DNA from: Candidatus Eiseniibacteriota bacterium
GTDB lineage: Bacteria > Eisenbacteria > RBG-16-71-46
Direction of reading: 5' to 3'
Length of the DNA stretch: 64,000 bases
Assembly: GCA_035275545.1 (NCBI GenBank)
Contig: DATEMP010000019.1
Span: 2,538-66,537, forward strand
Shown here: piece by piece, positions 10,318 through 19,800 of the stretch
Numbering within the stretch: position 1 is the first letter of the stretch
How the letters are laid out: every line of letters starts with the position of its first letter
Translations under genes and position numbers: made by a program
The notes under the pieces: generated by a model
What the model was told of the DNA's origin: nothing
Seen by the model: the letters and a program-made list of their open reading frames with translations, nothing else
Databases searched by the model: none

Positions 10318-10656
10318 TCAACGCGCGTGCACGTACACCCAGGCCTCCCGGCCCGAGGCGAGGGTCACGGCGATCCGCTTGTAGGAGTCGGGCGCCTCGT
10401 ACGCGTCGGTCCTGGCGAGCTCGACGTCGGTGATCTCGAACACCATGCCCGGCACGCGACTCGCCGGATTGGCGCTCAACACCACGTTGGCGTGATGGGT
10501 CTTCCCGAGCCGTGCCGCGGCGTCGGGATCTTCGATCCTGACCATCGACGCCTCGAACCCGATCAGCTCGTCCGGCGTGCCGTCCAGCCGCCGGCCATAG
10601 GTGGATCGCTGGACGGATTCCTCCTTCAGCGTTCCATATGAGAAGAGCAGTGGCAT
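10318..10656 (-). CDS. Gamma-glutamylcyclotransferase (GGCT/AIG2-like) family protein
   Basis: 112 aa. The N-terminal LFSYGTLK motif and overall size are typical of the AIG2/GGCT-like fold. Confidence 0.75.
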   Translation of the reverse strand: MPLLFSYGTLKEESVQRSTYGRRLDGTPDELIGFEASMVRIEDPDAAARLGKTHHANVVLSANPASRVPGMVFEITDVELARTDAYEAPDSYKRIAVTLASGREAWVYVHAR

Positions 10657-10667
10657 CGCGTGATCTC

Positions 10668-11479
10668 CTATCCGAACTCCGGCCCGGCGATCGCGCAGAT
10701 GGATCGCGACGTCCCGGCCGGACTGGGCTCGCCGAAGCGCATGCGCACGAGGCCGCGGCGCTTGGAGAGCCCACGTCGCTCGAGCGCGGACGGAGCGAGC
10801 AGCCCTCCGATGTGCAGGTCGAGGCAGACCCCCTCGCCGGCCAATCGCGTGAGAACCTCATCAAGCAGCTTTCCTGCCACCAATCCGCTGGCGGCGATCA
10901 GCGGACCGATGTAGGTCGCGGCGCGCCCCGGGCGGGCGAGCGCAAAGCCCTCCCCGTCGACGACCGCCGACGTGCCGTTCTCCATGAGCGCCACGAGCAG
11001 ACGCTCGCGATCCACGCCGTATGCGTTCCGATCGAGCGCCGCCACGCGCCGCCGGGCGTCGTCATCCCACGACGGCTCATCCGCCCCGCCACGAATGGAC
11101 GGGACGCCCTGCCAGCGCTCGAATTCGGCCTCGGGCTCGAAGCCCAGCGACGCATAGAGCGGCTGCCCCGCCGGGGTCGCGTCGAGCTTGACGCACGCTA
11201 CGCCGAGGCCGCGCAGATGGTCCAGGGCCATGCGCATCAGCGCCGCGCCGATCCCGCGCCCGCGATGCTCCGGATGCACGACCATCATGCCGATCCACGC
11301 GAGCTCGCGTCCGTAGGTGGTGGTGGTGACCGTGCCCACCAGGCGCTCTCCATCGCGGGCGGCGAAGCATCCCGATGGCTCGAGACCGAGCAGACGGCTC
11401 CAGTCGGCCGCCGTCTGGTTCCACCCCTCTCCCGCACTGAGCGCCAGCGCCGCCTCGAGGTCCGAGGCGCGGAGAGATC
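10668..11479 (-). CDS. GNAT family N-acetyltransferase (two-domain, YitH-like)
   Basis: ORF 10668..11708 trimmed to the GTG at 11479, because the upstream part overlaps the STAS gene. Acetyl-CoA motif VHPEHRGRGIGAALM. Confidence 0.75.
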
Positions 11480-11485
11480 CGAGCC

Positions 11486-11866
11486 TCACGGCTTGGACGG
11501 TGGGAACCTCTCGCGAAGGCTGTCGGCCTGGCCCAGGTCGACGGTCTCGTCCTCGAGGAACTGCGCCTTCACGATCTTGAGGAGGTCGCGCATCCGCGCC
11601 GTGGCCTCGGTGTCGAGGACGAATCGTCCGCCGCTCTTGCGCGTCGCGTGAGCGACATGGATCAGGATCCCGAGGCCGGTGGAGTCCATGTAGCTCATCC
11701 GGCGGCATGCGACACGGATGTCCTTCTTTCCGCGTGCCGCCAATGCCTTGATCGCCTTCTCGAGCGCCAGGCCGGTGTCTTCGTTGAACGGTCCTTCCGG
11801 CTCGAACAGATCGATCGTCCGGCCCTCGAACTCGACTTCCTGATGATGCAGCCTGGCCAGCTTCAT
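11486..11866 (-). CDS. STAS-domain protein (anti-sigma-factor antagonist-like)
   Basis: 126 aa. The YMDSTGLGILI motif carries the conserved phosphorylatable Ser/Thr context of SpoIIAA/RsbV-type STAS domains. Confidence 0.8.
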   Translation of the reverse strand: MKLARLHHQEVEFEGRTIDLFEPEGPFNEDTGLALEKAIKALAARGKKDIRVACRRMSYMDSTGLGILIHVAHATRKSGGRFVLDTEATARMRDLLKIVKAQFLEDETVDLGQADSLRERFPPSKP

Positions 11867-11913
11867 GGGGCCGCAGGATACGCCTCCCGCGACCCGCGTG
11901 CTATCGTCTAGAT

Positions 11914-12660
11914 ATGGACCCGCCCTGCTCCTCCAACTTCCCCGACGTGCCCACCCTCGACGACCTGGTCGAGCGCGATAAGGACCACGACTGCGAAGGC
12001 TTCGGCCCGCACCACATCTGCGTGCGGGTGGAGGCGGTCGCCGACCTGCCGAGCCGGTTCGGGACGTTCCGTATCGTCGCCTTCTGGAACAACCGGGACG
12101 GCAAAGAGCACGTCGCCCTGGTCCACGGGGACGTCATGGGGAAGGACGATCTCCCGGTGCGCCTCCACTCCGAGTGCCTGACCGGCGACGTCATGGGGTC
12201 ACTGCGCTGCGACTGCCGCGATCAGCTCGAGGTGGCGCTCCAGAAGATCGCCGGCATGCAGCACGGCGTGGTGCTCTACATGCGACAGGAAGGCCGCGGC
12301 ATCGGCCTGGTCAACAAGGTGCGTGCCTACGCGCTCCAGGATCGGGGGCTCGACACCGTGGACGCCAACCTGGTGCTGGGCTTCCGCGACGACGAGCGCG
12401 ACTACGCGATCGCCGCGCACATGCTGGCGAGCCTGAACGTGCGATCGATCCGGCTCATGACCAACAATCCCAAGAAGGTCGCGGAGCTCCAGAAGCTCGG
12501 GACCAAGGTGAGCGGGCGCATCCCGCACGTGATCCCCGCGAACGAGCTGAACCGCTTCTACCTCGAGACCAAGGCGACCCGCTCGGGGCACCTGATCGCG
12601 TTCGAGGGCAAGCCCCACCTTCCGGAGCAGGATGACCCGGTGATCGTCGAGGACGCGTAG
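11914..12660 (+). CDS. ribA: GTP cyclohydrolase II
   Basis: LHSECLTGDVMGSLRCDCRDQL (zinc-binding Cys cluster), YMRQEGRGIGL and RLMTNNPKK are hallmark RibA motifs. Confidence 0.9.
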   Translation: MDPPCSSNFPDVPTLDDLVERDKDHDCEGFGPHHICVRVEAVADLPSRFGTFRIVAFWNNRDGKEHVALVHGDVMGKDDLPVRLHSECLTGDVMGSLRCDCRDQLEVALQKIAGMQHGVVLYMRQEGRGIGLVNKVRAYALQDRGLDTVDANLVLGFRDDERDYAIAAHMLASLNVRSIRLMTNNPKKVAELQKLGTKVSGRIPHVIPANELNRFYLETKATRSGHLIAFEGKPHLPEQDDPVIVEDA

Positions 12661-12664
12661 CCGG

Positions 12665-15331
12665 TTAGCGCTTCTTCCTGAGCTCGGTGGGCCAGTTGGT
12701 CACCGCGGTGAACGTCGTCCCGCCCGGGCCACCGGTCGGCACGACCATCAGGAAGCGCTGGCCATCCGCGGTCGGACACCAGCGCGTGCCGGTGAACGGG
12801 CCCTCCGCGATCTCCGCTCGGAAGAGCGGCTGCGGCGTCCCGGGCTCGAAGCTCTCGCCGGCCTCCACCGGCACCGCTGTGATCGATCGGTCGGCAGCGA
12901 TGTAGAGGATCTCCTTGCCGTCCGCGCGCCAGAACGGGTCGTCCCCGCCCTGGGTCGAGACCTGCCACTTGCCCCCGCCGCCCGCCGCCGGGACCACGTA
13001 CACCTCGTGGCGCCCGGATTCGTTCGAGGCGTAGGCGAGCCAGCGACCGTTGGGCGAGAAGCGCGCCATGCGCTCACTGAATTGCGTCGCGATGAACGGC
13101 TCGGGCTTTCCTCCCGGGGTCTGGAGAAGCATGTCCCACGCAGTCGTGGCGTTCCGGCTCAGGGCGATCGTCCGACCATCCGAGGACCAGTCGGTGGGAC
13201 CATCCTGACCGCTGTCCATGTGGATGAGCGAATCCTCGCCGCCCACGCCGCTCGAGGCACGTATGTAGGTCCTGAACTCGCCGCTCCGATTGGACGCGTA
13301 GGCGAGCCGCGATCCGTCCGGCGTCCACACCGGCCACACGTGATCAGAGGAATCGAAGGTCAGCCGGGACGTGGTGTTGCGCACCAGGTCACGCACCCAG
13401 ATGTCGGCGGCTCCGCCTCCCGTCCGGTAGATGCGCAGCGCCGCGCGCCTGCCATCCGGTGACAGGCGAACCTCGTCGTACTGCCCGGGTGGCCCCGCAT
13501 CACCCAGCATCCGGCCGGCACGATCCGCCCACACCAGCCTGGTCTGCGGTCCGGCCGTGGACTCGCGAAAGATGAGCACGCCGTTCCTCGACACCGCGAA
13601 GTCGCCGACCACTCTCGACATCATGATGTGGTCGGTGATCGGCACCGCCTCCCCGGAGGTCTTGCCGGAGCCGGGATCGAACCGCTGGGCGAGCAGGTTG
13701 CCGGCGGCGGTGTAGAACAGGTACCCGTTCGCGAACAGCGCCCGACTGTCCGTCTGGCCCACCGGACGCGATTCGAGCGAGCCAATCCTGCCCAGTTTGA
13801 TCGTGGAGACCTGGCTACCCCGGTCGTTGGCGATGAACAGGAAGTGTTTGCCGTCGGGAAGGAACGATGGCCAGGCGTGGCCGATCTCGCCGCGGGAGCG
13901 GTCGAGGCGTGTGATGGGGATCACCTTGCCGCCGTTGACCGGCACGCCACGAATCGTGTCGGCGCCGCTTCCGTCGTAGATGATGTATTCCTTGCCCCAT
14001 GACCCGTCGGATCCGCCCGGCGCGTCCGCGAATGCGACCGGTGCCGCACCGTTCAGCGGCAGGCGGTACATCTTTCCGCTCACGATGTAGACCAGGGTGC
14101 GGCTGTCCGATGACCAGAACGGGCGCTGGGTCCGTCCCGTACCCGGCAGAGGACGCGCCTCCATGGAGTCCAGCGGACGCACGTAGATCTGGCTCGCGCC
14201 CGTTGAATCGGAACCCATGAAGGCCACGAAGCGCCCGTTCGGGGACACCATCGGCCAGCGCACCGAGGCGATCGAGCCGCCGGCGCTGACCGCGAACCGG
14301 ATCACCGCGGGCGGCGGTGTCCGAAACAGCAGCCTGTCGGCCGCGATCACCGCCACACCGCCGACGACTGAAGCGATCATCGCCAGCATCGCGCCGGTCG
14401 AGACGCCCTTGCGACCGGCCGCCACCGGCGCCGGCACGCCCGACTGCGAGCCGCCCTCCTGCGTCCAGCGCAGCTGGAGCTTGACGTCGTGCGCGGTCTG
14501 AATGCGCTCGTCCGGGTCCTTGGCGAGGCACGCGCGCACCAGCCGGTCGAGCGCGGGCGGTGAGGCGGGCACGAGCTGGGAGAGCGGCGTGGGCTCGGTG
14601 TTCATGATCGCGCCGATCAGGCTCGCCTGGCTCTTGCCCTCGAACGCGCGCCGGCCGGTCGCCATCTCGTAGAGCACGCACCCGAGCGCCCATAGATCGC
14701 TGCGTGCATCCACCTCCCGGCCCTCGAGCTGCTCCGGAGACATGTACTGGAACGTGCCGACGATCGTGCCCTCGGCGGTGAGCGGCGCTGCCACCGTGGG
14801 TGACTGGGTGAGCCCCGCGACCGTCACGCCCGAACTGCTCTTGGTCCCCACCATCCCGGTAGCCCGCGCCAGGCCAAAGTCCATGAGCTTGGCGCCGCTC
14901 CTCGTGAGCATGACGTTGCCGGGCTTCAAATCGCGGTGGATCACTCCCGCGCGGTGCGCGCGGTCGAGGGCGTCCGAGATCTGGCTGCCGAGGGCGAGCA
15001 CCTGCTCTGTCGGGAGCGCGCCGCGCTGGAGCCGGTCGGCGAGCGTCTCCCCCTCGATCAGCTCCATGACCAGGAAGTTGGTGTCGCCCTCGCGCCCCAC
15101 GTCGAACAGCGTGCAGATGTTCGGGTGGTTGAGCGACGACACGGTGCGCGCCTCGCGCTCGAAGCGCGCGCGCACCTCGGGGTCGTTCGCGAGGCTGTCG
15201 GGCAGCACCTTGATCGCGACGTCGCGGCCCAGCCGCGAATCCCGGGCGCGATACACCTCGCCCATGCCTCCGGCGCCGAGCGGCGTGGAGACTTCGTAGG
15301 GCCCTAGCTTGGATCCTGGGGCGAGCGGCAC
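12665..15331 (-). CDS. Ser/Thr protein kinase fused to TolB-like (PD40/WD40-like) beta-propeller repeats
   Basis: N-terminal Hanks kinase motifs GAGGMGEVYRA, AIKVL, HRDLKPGNVML, DFGLA and SPEQ. One TM segment. About 10 PD40-like units follow (SPNGRFVAF, SPDGRRAAL, TPDGSRLAYAS, SPNGRWLAYAS). Confidence 0.9.
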   Translation of the reverse strand: MPLAPGSKLGPYEVSTPLGAGGMGEVYRARDSRLGRDVAIKVLPDSLANDPEVRARFEREARTVSSLNHPNICTLFDVGREGDTNFLVMELIEGETLADRLQRGALPTEQVLALGSQISDALDRAHRAGVIHRDLKPGNVMLTRSGAKLMDFGLARATGMVGTKSSSGVTVAGLTQSPTVAAPLTAEGTIVGTFQYMSPEQLEGREVDARSDLWALGCVLYEMATGRRAFEGKSQASLIGAIMNTEPTPLSQLVPASPPALDRLVRACLAKDPDERIQTAHDVKLQLRWTQEGGSQSGVPAPVAAGRKGVSTGAMLAMIASVVGGVAVIAADRLLFRTPPPAVIRFAVSAGGSIASVRWPMVSPNGRFVAFMGSDSTGASQIYVRPLDSMEARPLPGTGRTQRPFWSSDSRTLVYIVSGKMYRLPLNGAAPVAFADAPGGSDGSWGKEYIIYDGSGADTIRGVPVNGGKVIPITRLDRSRGEIGHAWPSFLPDGKHFLFIANDRGSQVSTIKLGRIGSLESRPVGQTDSRALFANGYLFYTAAGNLLAQRFDPGSGKTSGEAVPITDHIMMSRVVGDFAVSRNGVLIFRESTAGPQTRLVWADRAGRMLGDAGPPGQYDEVRLSPDGRRAALRIYRTGGGAADIWVRDLVRNTTSRLTFDSSDHVWPVWTPDGSRLAYASNRSGEFRTYIRASSGVGGEDSLIHMDSGQDGPTDWSSDGRTIALSRNATTAWDMLLQTPGGKPEPFIATQFSERMARFSPNGRWLAYASNESGRHEVYVVPAAGGGGKWQVSTQGGDDPFWRADGKEILYIAADRSITAVPVEAGESFEPGTPQPLFRAEIAEGPFTGTRWCPTADGQRFLMVVPTGGPGGTTFTAVTNWPTELRKKR

Positions 15332-15346
15332 GCCGGGGAATCTACT

Positions 15347-15727
15347 TCATCGCCCGGAAGAGCGTTCGGACAGGGATCGATCGGCGAGCGCCGCGATCAC
15401 CAGCACCGTGATCATGAAGATCCACGACACCAGCGGCACCATGAGGTAGACGAACGCCACATGGGTCCCGCCCGGCCGGGGGATCAGGCCCGCGTACATG
15501 AGGAGCGAGAGCGCGGCGACCGCGCCCGTCATCCAGTAGAGCATCGCCCGGGTCGTGGGTCCCCAGCGCCGCCGCCAGTTGGCCCAGGTCAGCAGCGCGA
15601 ACGGCGACAGCACCCACACGATGAACAGCGCCAGCAGGAAACGCGGCGTGTGGATGCCCTCCCGCAGCAGCAGGACCAGGGAGCCCGCGGCCCCGAGGAC
15701 CACGGCGAACTTTGCCAACGTGCGCAT
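15347..15727 (-). CDS. Small integral membrane protein
   Basis: 126 aa with 4 hydrophobic segments. It ends 15 nt from the kinase gene start on the same strand. Confidence 0.55.
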   Translation of the reverse strand: MRTLAKFAVVLGAAGSLVLLLREGIHTPRFLLALFIVWVLSPFALLTWANWRRRWGPTTRAMLYWMTGAVAALSLLMYAGLIPRPGGTHVAFVYLMVPLVSWIFMITVLVIAALADRSLSERSSGR

Positions 15728-15770
15728 GAGAAAAGGCTACCACCGCGGCATTCCTGGCCGAAAAAGGCCT

Positions 15771-15806
15771 TGCTAATATTTTCGCATACTGCTAATTTCC
15801 TCGCAT
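15771..15806 (+). promoter_or_regulatory. Candidate operator/promoter: tandem direct repeat TGCTAAT-N4-TCGCAT x2 upstream of the BlaI-family repressor gene
   Basis: The copies lie at 15771-15787 and 15790-15806, in an unusually AT-rich 116-nt divergent intergenic region. GAGGAGG RBS at about 15829 and ATG at 15844. Confidence 0.3.
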
Positions 15807-15843
15807 TCGAGGTTCAAGCCACGCCAGCGAGGAGGAATCGAGC

Positions 15844-16230
15844 ATGAAGGACAGTCAGCGCGATCTGACGCGACGCGAGCGGCAGATCATGGACGTGATC
15901 TACGCGCGCGGCCGCGCCACGGTCGCGGAGGTGCTCGAGGGGCTCGCGGACCCGCCCAGCTATTCGTCGGTCCGTACGCTGCTCCGGCTCCTCGAGGAGA
16001 AGGGCCATCTCCGGCACGAGGAGTCGGGCCCCCGCTTCGTCTACATCCCCACGGTGGCACGTGAGAAGGCGCGCCGGTCGGCACTGCGCAACGTGCTCGA
16101 CACCTTCTTCGCCGGATCGACCGAGGACGCGATGGCAGCACTCCTGGATCTTCACGACGTACGCCGCCGCCCGCTCGAGCTCGACCGCATCAAGTCGCTG
16201 ATCGACAACGCGCGCCGGGAAGGGAGATAG
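15844..16230 (+). CDS. BlaI/MecI/CopY family transcriptional repressor
   Basis: 128 aa. Winged-helix N-terminus LTRRERQIMDVIYARGRATVAEV...YSSVRTLLRLLEEKGHL. It ends 2 nt before the M56 sensor-protease gene. Confidence 0.9.
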   Translation: MKDSQRDLTRRERQIMDVIYARGRATVAEVLEGLADPPSYSSVRTLLRLLEEKGHLRHEESGPRFVYIPTVAREKARRSALRNVLDTFFAGSTEDAMAALLDLHDVRRRPLELDRIKSLIDNARREGR

Positions 16231-16232
16231 TC

Positions 16233-18662
16233 ATGGGTCTGATGCCGGAATCGATTCCGTCCCTGATCGCGCTCGAGCCGTTGGTGGAGAGCGCCATCCG
16301 CTCGACCACGCTGATCGCGATCGCCGCCCTCGCGGTGCTCGCGTTGCGGCGCGCCCCTGCTTCGGTGCGGCACCTGGTGTGGACGCTGGCGCTCCTCGGC
16401 TGCGTCGCCATGCCGTTCGCGTCGCGCGTGGTGCCGGGCTGGTCCCTGCCGCTGCCCGCGTGGAAGAGCGACGCAGAGCCCGCAGCCACCAGTGTCGATG
16501 TGACCTCCGCCCCGCCGGAGGTGAACTCCCCTGCCCCGTCGCAGCAGGACGCCACCCCCGAGCCGTCGTCGGTCGTCGCGCCCCCCGACCGGACGCCGCC
16601 CTCACCCCCTGCCCCGGCATGGCGCATCAGCACCGCGGATGTGATTCGCGCGCTGCCGCTCCTGTGGCTCGCGGGCGTAGTTCTGCTGGTCGCCCGGCAT
16701 CTGATCGCCTGGGCTCTGCTGGCGCGCATCGCGCGTCGCTCCGCACCGATGATCGACCACGCATGGCTGGTGGCCCTGGCGCGGCATGGTGTGACGCTCC
16801 GCCTCAGGCACCTCCCGGCGCTACGGGTCAGCCCCAGGATCACGGTCCCGATCGTGTGCGGCACGCTACGCCCCACCATCATCCTGCCGGTCGAGGCCCA
16901 CGCGTGGAACGCTGAGCGGCGCGACGCCGTGCTGCTCCACGAGCTCGCCCACGTGCGCCGGTTCGACCTGATCAGCGCGCGCGTGACCCAGCTCGCATCG
17001 ACGCTCTACTGGTTCAACCCGTTCGTGTGGCTGGCCGCGCGCGCCCAGCGCGCCGAGGCCGAGCGCGCGTGCGACGACCAGGTGCTCGACGCCGGTGGAC
17101 GCGCCTCGGCGTACGCCACCGATCTGCTCGAGATCGCCCGGTCGATCGACGATCGCCACCACATCGACGCCGCGGCGCTGGCGATGGCACGCCGCTCGCA
17201 GCTCGAGGGCCGGCTGCTCGCGATCCTCGATCCCCGGTTGCGGCGCGGTGGGGCGGGCCCGGTGACGATCATGGTCGCGGTGCTCCTGACCGGCGCCACC
17301 ATCGTAGGAATCGCCGCGGCGCGCCCCGCGCAGAGCCGGCGCCCGGTGAAGGCCGACATGCCGGCGCTGGTGCCGCTCGCCAAGCTGCTGGACGTGAAGC
17401 ATCCGAATCAGGGCACCAACCAGACCTCGGCCTCCGCGGCCCCTACGACGATCGAAAGCGCGCAGCTCGCCGCAGATCCGGGCGCCCCGGTCGAGGCTGC
17501 CACCGATGTCGCGTCTGACGGTGAAGCGAACGCCGAGCCGGGTGAGCTGCTGGCCGGCAAGTCCGACCAGTCCGAGAAATCCGGCGCATCGTCCCACTGG
17601 AGCGTCATCGACAACGGCAAGGGCGAGGTGCGCAGCGGGAGCTGGCATCTCCGCGACCGGCACGGCAGCTTCAAGAGCAAGGGCACGATCCGCTATAGCA
17701 GCAACCTCGACGACATCGTGAGTGTTTCCCCGGGCGGCTACGTGGAGGCCGAGGACCGTCGCGATCGCAAGGTGCACCGGCTGGTTCTCAAGGGCCGCTC
17801 CGGCGACATCGAGCGCTCCTACTCGATCGACGGCGACGAGCGCCCCTGGGACAGCCAGGCCCGTGCCTGGTTCTCCGCGTTCCTCATCGACCTCGACCAT
17901 GGCAGCGGCGCGTTCGTCGACCAGCGCTTCCCGCGGCTGATGAACGAGGGCGGCCCGTCCCTGGTGATGCGCGAGGTGTCGGAGATGACCTCCGACTACG
18001 GACGCGGCATCTACTTCAAGAAGCTGTTCGCGAGCGACGTCGATGCGTCCACGCTGCGCCAGGCGGTCGCCCAGGCGGGCCGGGAGATCGGCTCCGACTA
18101 CGAGCTGACCCAGGCGCTGATCGAGGCGGCCAAGAAGAACGCCCTCGATGACCCCGCGACGCGCACCGCGTACCTCGAGGCGGTCAACTCGCTGCAGTCC
18201 GACTACGAGCACGGCCGCGCGCTCCAGGTGCTGATCGCCCGCCGCGATCTCTCGCCGGCGCTGGTCGACGGCATCATCGCGTCGGCGGACAAGATGACCT
18301 CCGATTACGAACAGGCGCAGGTCATGATCGCGCTCGCCGAGAGGGGTCACGTGAAGGGGCAGGCCCAGCGTGGATTCATGCGCGCGAGCCACAACTTCGA
18401 CTCGGACTACGAGCGCGGCCGGGTGCTGACCGCACTGCTCGAGCACGGAACCCTCGCCAGCGAGAACATCGGCGAGATGCTGCTCGCGACCGCGACGTTC
18501 TCGTCGGACTACGAGCGCGCCAACGTGCTCATCCATCTCGCCGAGAGTGTGGCGCTCGATAACGGCGCGCGTGCGGCGTTCATCGAGTCGACCAAGGGCC
18601 TGAGCTCGGACTACGAGCGCGAGCGGGCGCTCGCCGCGCTTGGGAAGCACTCGGCGCGGTAG
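16233..18662 (+). CDS. BlaR1/MecR1-type M56 family membrane metalloprotease-sensor with a novel C-terminal SDYE-repeat domain
   Basis: N-terminal TM segments. HELAHVRRFD zinc motif at about 16940. The C-terminal roughly 225 aa consist of 7 degenerate repeats of about 35-38 aa instead of a penicillin-binding sensor domain. Confidence 0.85.
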   Translation: MGLMPESIPSLIALEPLVESAIRSTTLIAIAALAVLALRRAPASVRHLVWTLALLGCVAMPFASRVVPGWSLPLPAWKSDAEPAATSVDVTSAPPEVNSPAPSQQDATPEPSSVVAPPDRTPPSPPAPAWRISTADVIRALPLLWLAGVVLLVARHLIAWALLARIARRSAPMIDHAWLVALARHGVTLRLRHLPALRVSPRITVPIVCGTLRPTIILPVEAHAWNAERRDAVLLHELAHVRRFDLISARVTQLASTLYWFNPFVWLAARAQRAEAERACDDQVLDAGGRASAYATDLLEIARSIDDRHHIDAAALAMARRSQLEGRLLAILDPRLRRGGAGPVTIMVAVLLTGATIVGIAAARPAQSRRPVKADMPALVPLAKLLDVKHPNQGTNQTSASAAPTTIESAQLAADPGAPVEAATDVASDGEANAEPGELLAGKSDQSEKSGASSHWSVIDNGKGEVRSGSWHLRDRHGSFKSKGTIRYSSNLDDIVSVSPGGYVEAEDRRDRKVHRLVLKGRSGDIERSYSIDGDERPWDSQARAWFSAFLIDLDHGSGAFVDQRFPRLMNEGGPSLVMREVSEMTSDYGRGIYFKKLFASDVDASTLRQAVAQAGREIGSDYELTQALIEAAKKNALDDPATRTAYLEAVNSLQSDYEHGRALQVLIARRDLSPALVDGIIASADKMTSDYEQAQVMIALAERGHVKGQAQRGFMRASHNFDSDYERGRVLTALLEHGTLASENIGEMLLATATFSSDYERANVLIHLAESVALDNGARAAFIESTKGLSSDYERERALAALGKHSAR
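17985..18659 (+). repeat. Seven tandem coding repeats, each centred on S-D-Y-E/G
   Basis: MTSDYGRGIYF, IGSDYELTQALI, LQSDYEHGRALQVLI, MTSDYEQAQVMIAL, FDSDYERGRVLTAL, FSSDYERANVLIHL and LSSDYERERALAAL occur at regular spacing. Confidence 0.75.
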
Positions 18663-18686
18663 TGTCGGGCATCGCCTGAGACGACG

Positions 18687-18719
18687 AAGCGCTCCGGCTC
18701 CAGCGGCCGGGGCGCTTCG
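18687..18719. terminator. GC-rich hairpin between convergent genes (possible bidirectional terminator)
   Basis: gaagcgc-t-ccggc [tccagcg] gccgg-g-gcgcttc. It lies between the stop codons at 18662 (+) and 18729 (-). The T-tract is weak. Confidence 0.45.
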
Positions 18720-18728
18720 GTCTTGCGG

Positions 18729-19712
18729 CTAGAACTGGAACAGCTCGGGGTCCTTCGTGCGCCAGAGCTCGACCGCCTCGGTGATGCGCCGCAGGGCGAC
18801 CGGGATCATCTCCCGTTCCCGCTCGGTGTCGGGCACCCAGCGCGCGATGCCGCAGGTCGAGCTGATGACCCGGCGCAGCAACGCGCCGCCCAGCTGCAAG
18901 CGAAGCGCCGACTCCTCGACGCCCGCAACGCCGCGCTGCCGCAGCGCGCCGAGATAGACGGCGAACGTGGGCTCCAGGCCGGCGAGCGGCGTCATCGAGT
19001 AGAGCAGCTCGATCAGGTCGAACACCGCCGGGCCCTTCGCCGCACTCGCCCAGTCGAGGAGGATGGGATTCTCGACGCCGCCATCGAACATCACGTTGTC
19101 GAGGTGCAGGTCGCCGTGCACGAGCGTCATCGCCGCCCCGGCCAGGCGCTCGTTCGCGCGCTGCTCCACGGCTTCGACGCGCTCGAGCAGGTCCCGGAGC
19201 GTCGCGTCGGTCTGATCCCCGAACCGGCTCAAGAACATCTCGCGCCGCGACCGGAGCCATTCCGGCGCGCGCGGGCCGATGGTTTGGAGCCAGGCCTGGG
19301 CGCCGAGCTCACTACTCTCCCACCACTTCGCGTGGAGCGTGGCGATGGTCCCGGCCACCACCGCGGCACCGCGGAGATCGAGCTGCCCGAGCACATCACC
19401 CTGGACCGCGCCGCTCAGATCCTCCAGCACCAGCACGCCGCGTTTGTGGTCCGGATCGACCGCCCCGTGGTAGCAGTGCGGGATACGGATGCCGAGGTCA
19501 CGCCCGAAGGTAGCGTAGAACGGGACCTCGTCGGATCCACCCGGCCCGTCGATCGACCAGTACTTGATGACCACTGATGGCGGAGCGCCGGGCCCGTCAA
19601 GGCGCAGCCGGAGCGCCGTACTCGCCAGCCCGTGCTCGAGACCGATCCGGTCGAAACCGGCCAGCCGCGCGCCGGGAAAACACTCGGCGAGGATCGAACG
19701 GAGCCACTCCAC
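18729..19712 (-). CDS. Phosphotransferase (APH/choline-kinase-like) family protein
   Basis: LVHGDLHLDNVMF catalytic-loop motif followed by LLDWASAAKG (Brenner/APH-type motifs). Confidence 0.8.
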   Translation of the reverse strand: MEWLRSILAECFPGARLAGFDRIGLEHGLASTALRLRLDGPGAPPSVVIKYWSIDGPGGSDEVPFYATFGRDLGIRIPHCYHGAVDPDHKRGVLVLEDLSGAVQGDVLGQLDLRGAAVVAGTIATLHAKWWESSELGAQAWLQTIGPRAPEWLRSRREMFLSRFGDQTDATLRDLLERVEAVEQRANERLAGAAMTLVHGDLHLDNVMFDGGVENPILLDWASAAKGPAVFDLIELLYSMTPLAGLEPTFAVYLGALRQRGVAGVEESALRLQLGGALLRRVISSTCGIARWVPDTEREREMIPVALRRITEAVELWRTKDPELFQF

Positions 19713-19800
19713 TCACGAAGGATACCTGAGGACACGCGCCGCGCCCCCAACGCCGGCGACCACCCCCGCGAACGGGAGTGGTCGCCGGTCTCTGCCGAAG

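Noticed and set aside
11867-11913. Possible FMN riboswitch upstream of ribA.
   Set aside because: The intergenic region is only 47 nt, too short for an FMN (RFN) element, and no conserved RFN segments are visible.
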